Below are positions 16,211-26,065 of a stretch of DNA of 37,138 nt, in pieces. Every line of letters begins with the position of its first letter. The first letter of the stretch is position 1. This stretch comes from Polyangiaceae bacterium (GTDB lineage: Bacteria; Myxococcota_A; Polyangia; Polyangiales; Polyangiaceae). The notes under the pieces are model-generated. The model did no database searches and was not told the origin of the DNA. It worked only from the letters and a program-made list of their open reading frames with translations. The position numbers and the translations under genes are program-made. The DNA is taken from the NCBI GenBank assembly GCA_044222475.1, contig JBGANF010000080.1, forward strand, positions 1 through 37,138, given 5' to 3'.

Positions 16211-17764
16211 ATGCGCTTCGCCTTCCTCGCCCCGTCCGTCCTGGTTCTGGTTTGGGCCTGCAGCTCGCCCGACACGACCCCGCCCACCACCACGCCAAAA
16301 TACGATCCGGTCGCGCTTCCGGCGCTCGCCGACGCGAAGACGACGATCGATCAGATGCTCGTGCCGACCAAGGTGCGAAACGCAACTCCGGACACGGCCA
16401 AGGCCCTCTTCGATCCGGACGTGCGCACCGAGTTCCTCGCGGCCGGCTTCGGCGACTACACAGTGGGGCCGGGCGAGAAGACGACGGAGCGCATGCCTCC
16501 GAATCAAACGGAGCCGCCGGTCGGCCCGAACAAGAAGCTCCTGACGCGGTTCGTGCACATGCCCGACCTGCAGCTCCCCGATGACGAGTCTCCGACGCGC
16601 CTCGTTCGCTTCGACACGCCAGGCGCGACCTCGGGCGCGTTCCGGCCGCAAGACGGCGCCGCATGCCGGGTCGTGAACGCGGCGGTGCGGACGATCAACG
16701 CGCTGAACGGGAAGACGCCGATCGACTTCGTGCTCCTCGGCGGCGACAACGCCGACAGCGCGATGGACAACGAGCTCGGGTGGGTGCTCGACATCCTCGG
16801 CGGTGCGCCCAACGTCGAGTGCGACTCCGGCGCCGACGACGATCCGGTCAAAGGCCCGGGAAACGACGCCAAGGATCCGTTCGTCGCCGAAGGCTTGAAG
16901 ATGCCCTTCTACTGGGTGAACGGAAACCACGACGTCCTCGTGCAAGGGAACTTCGTGGTCAACGACGACTACAAGCAGCAGGCGCTCGGGACGAAGGCGG
17001 TCGGCGGAACGCGCGACTGGCGCCTCCCTGGGGGCGGGCTCGGGATCGACGATCTGCCGGCCGACCCTCGGCGCAAGCACCTGAACCCGCCGGACGTGAT
17101 GGCGAAGGTCGCGGCGCACAAGGGCGGGCACGGACTCGGTCCCACGCAGGTGCAAACGGGGCGCGCGTTCTTCACGTTCGACGTGCCGAACACGCCGTTC
17201 CGATTCGTCGTCATGGACACGACCGCGGCGACGACGGGCGCGTCCGAGGGCGTGATGAAGAAGAGCGAGGTCGACACCTACGTCAAGCCGGCGCTGGACA
17301 AGGCGAAGGCGGACGGCAAGCTCGTGCTCCTCGCGTCGCACCACGCGGTCGCGAGCCTCGGCGACGGGACCGGGCTCGGCGGCAAGAAGGTCGACGACGC
17401 GATGACCCAGGACGAGTACCGAACGTTCATCGGCGGCTACGACAACGTCCTCTTCAGCATCGTCGGTCACTCGCACGAGCACCGCGTGCGCTTCCAGGAG
17501 CCGGTGGCCGGTCACGGATGGTGGGAGGTCATGACGAGCGCGCTCGCGGATTATCCGCACCAAATCCGGATCATCGAGCTGTACGACGACGACAACGGCT
17601 GGATTCGGCTGCGAGCGGTGCTCGCGGACTACTCGACCGAAGGCGATCCAGTGGCCGCGGAGGCGAAGAAGCTGGGTGTTCTCGACTACACGACGGGCTG
17701 GTGCCCGGAAGGCGCCGGCGTGGCGGGTGATCGAAACGTCGAGCTCCTGATCAAGAAGCCCTGA
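16211..17764 (+). CDS. Secreted calcineurin-like metallophosphoesterase lipoprotein
   Basis: Lipobox VWAC; HMPDLQLPDDESP, GGDNAD, GNHD, SHH, GHSH motifs (TIGR03767/03768-like pattern). Confidence 0.88.
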   Translation: MRFAFLAPSVLVLVWACSSPDTTPPTTTPKYDPVALPALADAKTTIDQMLVPTKVRNATPDTAKALFDPDVRTEFLAAGFGDYTVGPGEKTTERMPPNQTEPPVGPNKKLLTRFVHMPDLQLPDDESPTRLVRFDTPGATSGAFRPQDGAACRVVNAAVRTINALNGKTPIDFVLLGGDNADSAMDNELGWVLDILGGAPNVECDSGADDDPVKGPGNDAKDPFVAEGLKMPFYWVNGNHDVLVQGNFVVNDDYKQQALGTKAVGGTRDWRLPGGGLGIDDLPADPRRKHLNPPDVMAKVAAHKGGHGLGPTQVQTGRAFFTFDVPNTPFRFVVMDTTAATTGASEGVMKKSEVDTYVKPALDKAKADGKLVLLASHHAVASLGDGTGLGGKKVDDAMTQDEYRTFIGGYDNVLFSIVGHSHEHRVRFQEPVAGHGWWEVMTSALADYPHQIRIIELYDDDNGWIRLRAVLADYSTEGDPVAAEAKKLGVLDYTTGWCPEGAGVAGDRNVELLIKKP

Positions 17765-17773
17765 CCCTCTCGC

Positions 17774-17791
17774 GGCCCGCCGCGGCGGGCC
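17774..17791. other. Perfect 18-bp GC palindrome just after the phosphoesterase stop
   Basis: GGCCCGCCG|CGGCGGGCC. Confidence 0.7.
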
Positions 17792-17804
17792 ATGGAAAGC
17801 AGTC

Positions 17805-17875
17805 GGAAAACGAGAAGCGCCCGGTGCAAAAATCGCGATCGGTGCGTCTCGCCCTACCGGGCGCTTCCGGTTTTT
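17805..17875. terminator. Likely bidirectional intrinsic terminator
   Basis: 12-bp stem GAAGCGCCCGGT (17814-17825)/ACCGGGCGCTTC (17856-17867), 30-nt loop; T-runs on both strands (CGGTTTTT on +, TCGTTTTCC on -). Confidence 0.65.
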
Positions 17876-18236
17876 GAGGTCACGAACAGAGAAGCCCTGG
17901 CTCGTTGCGAGCAAATGTTTAACGCGGCCCCCGTCATTTCGGTGGCCAGGCCCCGCGCCCTCCGCGTTCTCCCAACCGGCGGTTCACAGACTTCAGTGTC
18001 GGCTCGAGACGATGCTCGGTCCGCGAGACGCACGACCCCGTTTCGAACACACGTGGTGCGTTCGTGCCGCCTCTTCCACCTCGGTCCACCACCCGCCGTT
18101 GCTTGCACTCCACTCTGTCCCTGATGGGCTCCACGATGGAACCCAACGCAAGCGCCTTTAGTCTTTGTGTGGCTTTGAAAATCGTCGCACCCTGGCCGCG
18201 CGCTCGCGCGAGACTCGCGCGGCACGGGTGCTGACC
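17805..18236 (-). ncRNA. Candidate ~430-nt sigma54-dependent structured non-coding RNA
   Basis: Bounded by a sigma54 promoter and a terminator; no credible ORF/SD; 5' hairpin begins at the predicted TSS; multiple stems and an 11-bp long-range complement. Confidence 0.6.
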
Positions 18237-18244
18237 GAACGCAT

Positions 18245-18261
18245 TGCAGAACCGGTGCCAA
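18245..18261 (-). promoter_or_regulatory. sigma54 promoter
   Basis: Minus strand TTGGCAC-CGGTT-CTGCA, near consensus; TSS predicted 18234-18236. Confidence 0.75.
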
Positions 18262-18341
18262 ACACCAGGCAGCCGAAACATCGAAGAACTCGAGCGCGCA
18301 GAGGTGGCGCGCTCCACTCGCGCCATGGCGCGCTACCAGCG

Positions 18342-18596
18342 TCAGCCGAGCTTCGCTTTGACGAGGTTCCCGAGCTCCTCGCAGCACGACTGGTACTTGA
18401 TGTCACCGTTGCCACCGTCGAAGTGCAGCGACACCTCCGTCGGGCCTTTGCCGTGCGTCGGGCAGGTCACCCCTTCGAGCATCGCCGCGACGTTCTTCGC
18501 CGCGTCTTGGAGCCCCCGCTTGATGCGCACGTCGTTGACCTGCTCGAGCGGAACCGTCTTGCGCCCCATCGCGACGGTGACCTTCACCGGAACCAT
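18342..18596 (-). CDS. Small hypothetical protein with CxxH...CC putative metal site
   Basis: 84 aa, GC3-rich codons, TCPTHG and YQSCCEE; TAATCT 6 nt before ATG. Confidence 0.78.
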   Translation of the reverse strand: MVPVKVTVAMGRKTVPLEQVNDVRIKRGLQDAAKNVAAMLEGVTCPTHGKGPTEVSLHFDGGNGDIKYQSCCEELGNLVKAKLG

Positions 18597-18621
18597 CCCG
18601 AGAGATTACACTACTTCCGCG

Positions 18622-18939
18622 ATGCAGACCCGCGACTACCTCGAGCGCATGATCCGCCAGATCGCCGAGGTCCTCGCGCGTATCGGCGGCTTCACCGCCG
18701 AAGGCAAGTACGACGAAGCCGAGCGCGAGCTCGACGGAGTCTGGTCGACCGCGCTCGGCATCCGTCGGAAGGACGTCACCCGCCTCGACGACGGAACGCT
18801 GAGGATGATGCTCGGACCCGCGAAGCTCGAGCACGCCGCGACCCTGCTCGACGCCGAGGCCGACCTCGCGACCGCGCGCGGCGACGCCGCAAAGGAAGCG
18901 CGCCTTCGCGCACTGGCCAAGGCGCTACGGCCGACCTAG
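18622..18939 (+). CDS. Small helical protein, DUF6483-like
   Basis: N-terminal MQTRDYLERMIRQIAEVLARI is typical of the family (recognised by eye). Confidence 0.75.
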   Translation: MQTRDYLERMIRQIAEVLARIGGFTAEGKYDEAERELDGVWSTALGIRRKDVTRLDDGTLRMMLGPAKLEHAATLLDAEADLATARGDAAKEARLRALAKALRPT

Positions 18940-18946
18940 CGGGCCC

Positions 18947-19612
18947 TCACTTGCGCCTGAAGAACCAGGTGCCACCGTCGGTGTTGCTGGCTCCGTCGCC
19001 CCACGTGCCGACGATGTTGCCGTTCGGCTGGCGCGTGAGGAGCGCGCGCCCCGTCGCACCGCCTTCTTCCCACGCGCAGTCGAGGTGCGGACCTTCGACG
19101 ACGCACGAGAACGTACCATTCGGGTACGTCGCGTGGACCTCGTGTCCTTGCTGCGTGAACTTGGTTTCGCCGTAGTCGGAGTCGTACTCCCCGTCGAAGC
19201 GCTCGTCGTTTTGGGCGCCGACGCGCACGAAGATCCAAGTCCCGCTCGGAGCCTTGTCGCCTTCGTCGCCCCACTCGCCTCGAAGGTCGCCGGACGCCTC
19301 CGCGTGGAGTCGCGCCCAGCCCCCAGCGGCTGCGTCCTTCCACGTGCACTCGAGGTCGGCCGTGCAGCGGATCGTCGTCTGCGCACCTTTGCCGACCAAG
19401 TGACCTTCGATCTGCTCGAACCAGACGAACCCCAGACTGCCCTGATACGCGCCGGCGAACGCGCTCCCGACGCTGGAGCCGCGGCCCGCGTTCGTGAGCG
19501 CCACCGCCGTGCCCTGCGGCTGAGGGAGCGCGATGTCCGGCGCACGGGCGCTCTCCTGAGGCGCGCAGCCTGCAGCAGCGATCACGAATAGCGCACCTCG
19601 TACCACACGCAT
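18947..19612 (-). CDS. Hypothetical lipoprotein with two repeated beta domains
   Basis: AAGC lipobox; internal repeat F.G.Y....G...F.Q.G...L.C.W.....G.A.L.....G...G.WGD......GTW.F.R occurs twice. Confidence 0.8.
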   Translation of the reverse strand: MRVVRGALFVIAAAGCAPQESARAPDIALPQPQGTAVALTNAGRGSSVGSAFAGAYQGSLGFVWFEQIEGHLVGKGAQTTIRCTADLECTWKDAAAGGWARLHAEASGDLRGEWGDEGDKAPSGTWIFVRVGAQNDERFDGEYDSDYGETKFTQQGHEVHATYPNGTFSCVVEGPHLDCAWEEGGATGRALLTRQPNGNIVGTWGDGASNTDGGTWFFRRK

Positions 19613-19689
19613 CCCGCAGCCTCGATCTTCCTCTGGTTTGCCTAGTGGTACCACCGCGGTACGCTATGTCTTCCCGAAGGGAGGGACAC

Positions 19690-20955
19690 TTGAAGCGTAG
19701 CTTGCCATGGCTCGCGATTCTCCTCGCAGCGTGCTCGGACGAGCCCGGCAGCGGCTTTGGCGACACCGAGGGCGGACCCGACGGCAGCGGCAGCGACACG
19801 GGAACGCTCGACGAGCCCCCGATCTTCACGGTCGACGCCGGCGGCACCGAAGCCGGGGACGGCGGCCCGACCCAGCCCGCATCGAGCCTCACCCTCGAGC
19901 AGGTGTGGTTCATCACCGGCGTCCCGACCGACTTCCTGATCGATTTTCGGGCAAAGCCGCCCCTCGTGACGTGCGGCGGCTCCGTCGGGAGCGCCGACGG
20001 CTTCGAGGGCACCGGCGTCTTCACCGAGCCGAAGACCGGCACTCTCCTCTTCTATACGGACGGTCGCACCGTCTTCAACGGCAAGACCAACGTGGCGCTC
20101 GCCAACGGCACCCTGCTCTTCGGCGACCAGAGCGCGACCGAGCCGGCGCTGATCACGCCGGCGAACACCGGCTTGAAGGACCAGTTCTACATCTTCACCA
20201 ACAACACGAACGTGAGCAGCCCGAGCTCCGTCTACTACTCGCTCATCGATCTGACGCAGGGTGCGAACGGCACGGTCACCTCGAAGAACCAGCTCCTCCT
20301 CAATGGCAACCCCGGCGAGGCACTCGACGTCGTCCCCCACACGAACGGCAAGGACTTCTGGGTCCTCACCTACGACGGCGCCGCGAACATCAAGGCGTTC
20401 CTCGTCACGTCGACGGGCGTGACCACGACGCCGGTCGTTTCGCCCACCGGCCTCACCGGCGTGGTCCGGCGGTCGTCGATCAACCACACGCTCGACTACG
20501 ACAAGCTCGCGCTCAGCCTCAACTTCGGCGGCGCGAACGGCACCATCGCGACCGCGACGATCGATCGCTCGACCGGCAAGACGTCCGCCGCGAAGACGAT
20601 CGTCACCGGGGACGTCGGCTACCACGCGTCGTACTCGGCCGACGGGACGAAGCTCTACTACGTGCGAGGCACCGAGGGCTGGAGCGGCGTCGCGTACCAG
20701 TACGACCTCACGGGATCGAAGGAGACGCCGCTCGGCGGCACCGGGATGGCCGCAGCGAAGCTCGCACCCGACGGCAAGGTCTACTGGGCCGCGTACAACC
20801 ACGCGTTCATGGGCGTGGTGAACCAGCCCGACCAAGCGGGCACCTCCGCGGGCTTCGTCGAGTCGGGGCTCGATCTCAAAGGCTGCAAAGTCGCGTTCGG
20901 AGTGCCGAACCAGACCGCGGCCTACCTCGAGTACCTTCCGCCGATCCCGAAATGA
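19690..20955 (+). CDS. Lipoprotein with beta-propeller domain
   Basis: GGAGGG SD plus TTG start; LAAC lipobox; GTLLFYTDGRTVFN, FYIFT, YYSLID, VPHTNGKDFWVL, YSADGTKLY, LAPDGKVY. Confidence 0.82.
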   Translation: MKRSLPWLAILLAACSDEPGSGFGDTEGGPDGSGSDTGTLDEPPIFTVDAGGTEAGDGGPTQPASSLTLEQVWFITGVPTDFLIDFRAKPPLVTCGGSVGSADGFEGTGVFTEPKTGTLLFYTDGRTVFNGKTNVALANGTLLFGDQSATEPALITPANTGLKDQFYIFTNNTNVSSPSSVYYSLIDLTQGANGTVTSKNQLLLNGNPGEALDVVPHTNGKDFWVLTYDGAANIKAFLVTSTGVTTTPVVSPTGLTGVVRRSSINHTLDYDKLALSLNFGGANGTIATATIDRSTGKTSAAKTIVTGDVGYHASYSADGTKLYYVRGTEGWSGVAYQYDLTGSKETPLGGTGMAAAKLAPDGKVYWAAYNHAFMGVVNQPDQAGTSAGFVESGLDLKGCKVAFGVPNQTAAYLEYLPPIPK

Positions 20956-22490
20956 AGAGATCGCTCGTCGCCGCCCTCTGCTTCACCGTCGCCGCCGCGT
21001 GCGCCAACTCCTCCGACACTCCGGTCGACGACGCCGGGCCGATCGACGCTGGACCGATCGACGTGATCGACGCGAAGCCACCGATCGAAGCCGCAGCGAC
21101 CTGCGGTGACGCCAAGAAGAACGGGACGGAGACCGACATCGACTGCGGCGGGGCCTGCGCGAAGTGCGACGACGGAAAGACCTGCATCGCCGCGACCGAC
21201 TGCCGCGAGGGGTCGTGCTTCCTCGGCAAGTGCGGAGCGACCGCCTGGTTCGCGGAGTCCACCGGCAGCAACGTCGTCATCCCCGGCAATCAGACATGGA
21301 TCCCGGCAGGGCTGTCGCTCTCCACGACGCTCTACGACAACGCGACCGTGTTCCTCCGATTCACCGGCACGTCCCGCTTCGCCGGCGGCGGCAACGGCCT
21401 CTGCCACATCGGCCAGCGCTTCGTGATCGACGGAAAGCCGACCGGCAACCCCACATGGGGCAACGCGATCATGGTGCAGCGGGGCGCGACGCGATGGCAC
21501 GAGGTCATGCACACCGAGTACGCCGTGCAGCTCCAGAAGGGACCCCATCAGTTCGCGGTCGAGCTGACCAACGCCAACGGCTTCGGGTCATGCTACGTCG
21601 ACGGCGATGGCGGTCAGAACTACGACCGATCGCGCCTCGCCGCCGCCGCGTTCGATCCCGCCGTGTCGTGGTACGCGGAGTCCACCGGCGGCACCGGCAA
21701 CCTCGGCCCCGGTGGTGGCTGGACGCCGATCCCCGGCGTGGCGATCGCGGCGAAGCTCGCCGCTCCGGCGCACGTGCAGCTCTCGTTGAGCGGCACGCAG
21801 CTCAACCAAGGCGCCGGCGCGAGCCACTGCGTGTATCGCTTCGTCGTCGACGGCACGCCGATCGGCAACCCGACTCACGGCCAAGCCGTCAACGTCGGGG
21901 ACGTCGGCGGCGGGTGGTGGTCGCCGCTCGCGTTGAAGTACGGCATCGACTTGCCCGCTGGGGCCCACACGTTCTCTGCCGACATCTCGAACAGCTCGGC
22001 CCAAGGTGGGACGTGTCAGGCCGGCGAAGGAAACAACGACTACGCGAAATTCCGACTCTTTGCCAACGCCGTCGCGCAAGGGGGACCGTCCACGAGCCGC
22101 GAGTCCGCGGGACCATCCAACGTGCTCGGGACCGGGAGCCCGTGGACGCCGGTGAGCGGGCTCTCTGCCCCGATCACCCTCGCGACCGACACGAACGTCC
22201 AGATGGAGCTCGCCGCGACGCAGCGCAACGTATCGGGGTCTGGGCACTGCGCGTGGCGCTTCGTCATCGATGGTACTCCTCTGGGACAAGTCGATCACGG
22301 CCAGCAGATCAACGTCGGTGACGGGTACACGTGGTGGCAATCGGAGTCGCTGTTGTGGGGCCAGCCCCTGAAGGCTGGCCCCCACACGATCGGTGTCGAC
22401 GTTCGCAACAGCTCGAACTCGGGCGACTGCGGGACGAACGCGGACTCGGAGCCCTACAGCCGGGCGCGCCTCCTCATCCGCGTCCCCTGA
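20952..22490 (+). CDS. Lipoprotein: Cys-rich module plus three tandem ~135-aa beta-sandwich repeats
   Basis: ATGA overlap; AAAC lipobox; CGDAKKNGTETDIDCGGAC; three repeats with W.P..G, RFV+DG.P.G, L..G.H, Y...RL. Confidence 0.85.
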   Translation: MKRSLVAALCFTVAAACANSSDTPVDDAGPIDAGPIDVIDAKPPIEAAATCGDAKKNGTETDIDCGGACAKCDDGKTCIAATDCREGSCFLGKCGATAWFAESTGSNVVIPGNQTWIPAGLSLSTTLYDNATVFLRFTGTSRFAGGGNGLCHIGQRFVIDGKPTGNPTWGNAIMVQRGATRWHEVMHTEYAVQLQKGPHQFAVELTNANGFGSCYVDGDGGQNYDRSRLAAAAFDPAVSWYAESTGGTGNLGPGGGWTPIPGVAIAAKLAAPAHVQLSLSGTQLNQGAGASHCVYRFVVDGTPIGNPTHGQAVNVGDVGGGWWSPLALKYGIDLPAGAHTFSADISNSSAQGGTCQAGEGNNDYAKFRLFANAVAQGGPSTSRESAGPSNVLGTGSPWTPVSGLSAPITLATDTNVQMELAATQRNVSGSGHCAWRFVIDGTPLGQVDHGQQINVGDGYTWWQSESLLWGQPLKAGPHTIGVDVRNSSNSGDCGTNADSEPYSRARLLIRVP

Positions 22491-22491
22491 C

Positions 22492-23904
22492 TCACGGAAT
22501 GCGCGGCGTCACGAACTGAAACGCTCCGACGCACATCTCCTCGAGCGTGCTCTCGCCGACCGAGACCTGCTGCGGCTGCGAGAGGCCCTTCGAGCGGAGC
22601 TCCTCGGCGATGAACGGGTTCCCGAGCGTGTTGTCGAACGTGCACTTCACCTCGAGGACGTCGGTCTTGGAGAGGATCGGGAGAGTCTCGATGGCGGCGT
22701 CGTAGTGGTAGCTGCGCTGCCAGTTGAAGTCCCAACGTGGGACGGAGAGCAGGCACTGGTCCTTGTCCTCCTGGGTCGCTCCGGTCGCGTGGTGGAGCCA
22801 CACCTTCTCCTGCGTTCCGACGAGGTGCATGTGGGCGGCGATGCTGAAGACCCGGATCTCGCGTCCGCCGAGCTTCCCGGCGACCGTGCTCAACGGAACC
22901 TTCTGCGAAACGGTCACGTCCTTCGCGTTGGGCGGGATGACGAAGTCGGGCAGCGACTTCGGATCGTTCGGATCGTGGAAGAAGAACGGGCTCTTCGCGT
23001 CGAAGTTGCCGACGAGCTGGTTGATGAGCTCCCACTTCGGCGGCGTCTTCGTGTAGCTGAGCTGCACCTTCGTCGAGTCCGGCTTCGAGTTCACCGCTGC
23101 GACGGTGTGCGGGTGGTAGTGGATCTGCATGACCATCAGCGAGTTCGCGGCGAGCTTCGTCCCGACGTCGGCGGGGTACGTCTGCGGGAGCGCACCCGGA
23201 ACCCACGCCGCGAGCATCGTGTTCTCGGCCAGGTTCGCGCCGCCGAAGCAGTCGTAGCCGCCGTCGGGACCGAGCTGCTTCGTGAGGCTCTCGCGCTTCG
23301 AGTCGGCGTAGAGGATGAGGTGGTGGACGACCTGGGAGTTCCCCGGGATCGCCGCGAAGCCGTTCATGTAGACGTCGCTGGTGATCTTGGGATCGAGGAC
23401 GAAGCAACGAAACGTGTCCTTCGTCGTGTCGGTCACGGTGAAGGCGCCCTTCGGCTGCATCTCGACGTTCTTGTCGGCGAGCCCCGGCGGCGGCGCGACG
23501 TACGGCGGCGGCGCGTCGTTCGGATCGCCCTCCGGCGCGCCGGCCGCGCTCCACTTCTCGAGCGTGTCGAGCTGGGCGTCGGTCAACGTCGGGTCGTCGT
23601 GGAACGAGAACTTCGGCTTGCAGTCGGGCGTCGCCTCCGCGCCCCACGGAGGCATGACGCGCTCCTTCGTCTCGTGCGCCATCGAGCTCGCATACGGCTT
23701 CGCGTTCGCGTAGGTGACCAGCGGGAACGGCGCGATGCCGCCCTCGACGTGGCACGAGAGGCAACGATCTTGGAGGATCGGCTCGACGTCCTTGTGGAAG
23801 GTGACGTTGGACGATCCGTTCGCGGTCGCGTCCGACGACGAGCCGTAGCATCCGACGACGAGGGCGATCGCAAGGGCAGCGGAGACGAAGAGGGGGGTTC
23901 GCAT
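22492..23904 (-). CDS. Copper type II ascorbate-dependent monooxygenase-like lipoprotein with N-terminal CxxCH heme-c motif
   Basis: VVGC lipobox; RCLSCHVEGGIAPF; VHHLILY, QIHYH, AHMH, EEMC (PHM/DBH CuH and CuM ligands). Confidence 0.88.
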   Translation of the reverse strand: MRTPLFVSAALAIALVVGCYGSSSDATANGSSNVTFHKDVEPILQDRCLSCHVEGGIAPFPLVTYANAKPYASSMAHETKERVMPPWGAEATPDCKPKFSFHDDPTLTDAQLDTLEKWSAAGAPEGDPNDAPPPYVAPPPGLADKNVEMQPKGAFTVTDTTKDTFRCFVLDPKITSDVYMNGFAAIPGNSQVVHHLILYADSKRESLTKQLGPDGGYDCFGGANLAENTMLAAWVPGALPQTYPADVGTKLAANSLMVMQIHYHPHTVAAVNSKPDSTKVQLSYTKTPPKWELINQLVGNFDAKSPFFFHDPNDPKSLPDFVIPPNAKDVTVSQKVPLSTVAGKLGGREIRVFSIAAHMHLVGTQEKVWLHHATGATQEDKDQCLLSVPRWDFNWQRSYHYDAAIETLPILSKTDVLEVKCTFDNTLGNPFIAEELRSKGLSQPQQVSVGESTLEEMCVGAFQFVTPRIP

Positions 23905-23916
23905 GCGTGGACATAG

Positions 23917-23932
23917 AGCAAGCGCCGTGCCT
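23917..23932 (-). promoter_or_regulatory. sigma54 promoter of the monooxygenase gene
   Basis: Minus strand AGGCAC-GGCGC-TTGCT; predicted TSS ~23906, next to ATG 23904. Confidence 0.7.
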
Positions 23933-23986
23933 CTGGGGCGGCCCTCGGATCGCTGCGAAAACCCGCGAATCGCCGAGGTTTCCTGC

Positions 23987-24023
23987 GTTGCGCGCGCGCA
24001 ACGGTGGGTTGCGCGGAGGCAAC
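23987..24023. promoter_or_regulatory. Tandem palindromic enhancer sites (putative bEBP UAS)
   Basis: GTTGC-N6-GCAAC at 23987-24002 and 24008-24023; 21-bp period; ~80-115 bp upstream of the TSS. Confidence 0.7.
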
Positions 24024-24024
24024 G

Positions 24025-24713
24025 CTACTTGCGGAGGAGCTGCGCGCAGACCTGAGCGAAGCACGCGAGGCCGGAGCCCTTGAGCACCGGGCAACGCGTC
24101 GGATCGCTGTTCGGCGCGAGCGCGAGCCCGCCGTTCCCGGACGCGCAGAGGACGTCGGTCGCGTCGGTTCCGGCGCGCTTGCCCATCCCGGCGCATCCGA
24201 GGAGCGTCGATGGATCGCAGTCGGCGACTCCGTCGGTCTGCTCGAACGCGGCGAGCACGAGGAGCGAGTCGTTCGTGTCCTTGAGGCCGGAGTAGCCGAG
24301 CCCCCCGCCGATGGCCCCGGTGATGGCGTCGTTGACGCTCGATTGGAGGCAGGTCGAGTCGCCCGATGGGCACGATCGAATCGGCGTGCAGAGCGAGCGG
24401 TTCTTCACCGCGCGCGACACGGCATCGACGAGGACCAGCTGAATGACGACGCCGCGGCTCGGCGGCGAGACTCGCGTCTTCACGCTCGGGTCGACGGCAC
24501 ACGGTCCGCACTTCCCGTTCGACCACACGCACAGCGCGCGACTGCACACCGTCTCGCTGGTCTGCGCCAGCGGCTGGTCGCACACGCCGCCGCTCAGCCC
24601 GCCGACGAGGATGCCCACCCCCTCGATCGAGACCTTCACGATCTCCTCTCGCGGACCGCACGAAAGCGCGACCGCGAGCCCGGTCGCGACGAAGATGGAG
24701 GCGCCACGGCGGC

Positions 24714-24717
<4 letters not shown>
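24025..24717 (-). CDS. Cys-rich hypothetical lipoprotein
   Basis: ATGA overlap with the bEBP stop; MSRRGASIFVATGLAVALSC signal; many Cys. Confidence 0.8.
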
Positions 24718-26048
<1,331 letters not shown>

Positions 26049-26065
26049 CGCTCGTTCACCTTACG

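Noticed and set aside
17860..18135. CsrB/RsmZ-like GGA repeats in the candidate RNA
   Set aside because: About nine GGA in ~430 G-rich nt is near chance, and they are not consistently in hairpin loops
18119..18155. Hammerhead-like CTGATG followed by a hairpin on the + strand
   Set aside because: Lacks the CUGANGA core and the downstream GAAA
17792..18387. Protein-coding ORFs in the intergenic interval (17854-18387 -, 17934-18326 -, 17792-18124 +, and a 27-aa MTGAALNIC... ORF)
   Set aside because: No SD or leaderless signature, no GC3 bias, no motifs, and the longer ones cross the promoter; a small peptide cannot be fully excluded without Ribo-seq
19707..20951. N-terminal 415 aa of the 927-aa track ORF
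   Set aside because: Off-frame overlap with the real 19690-20955 gene; the true start is ATG 20952, with a signal peptide and ATGA coupling
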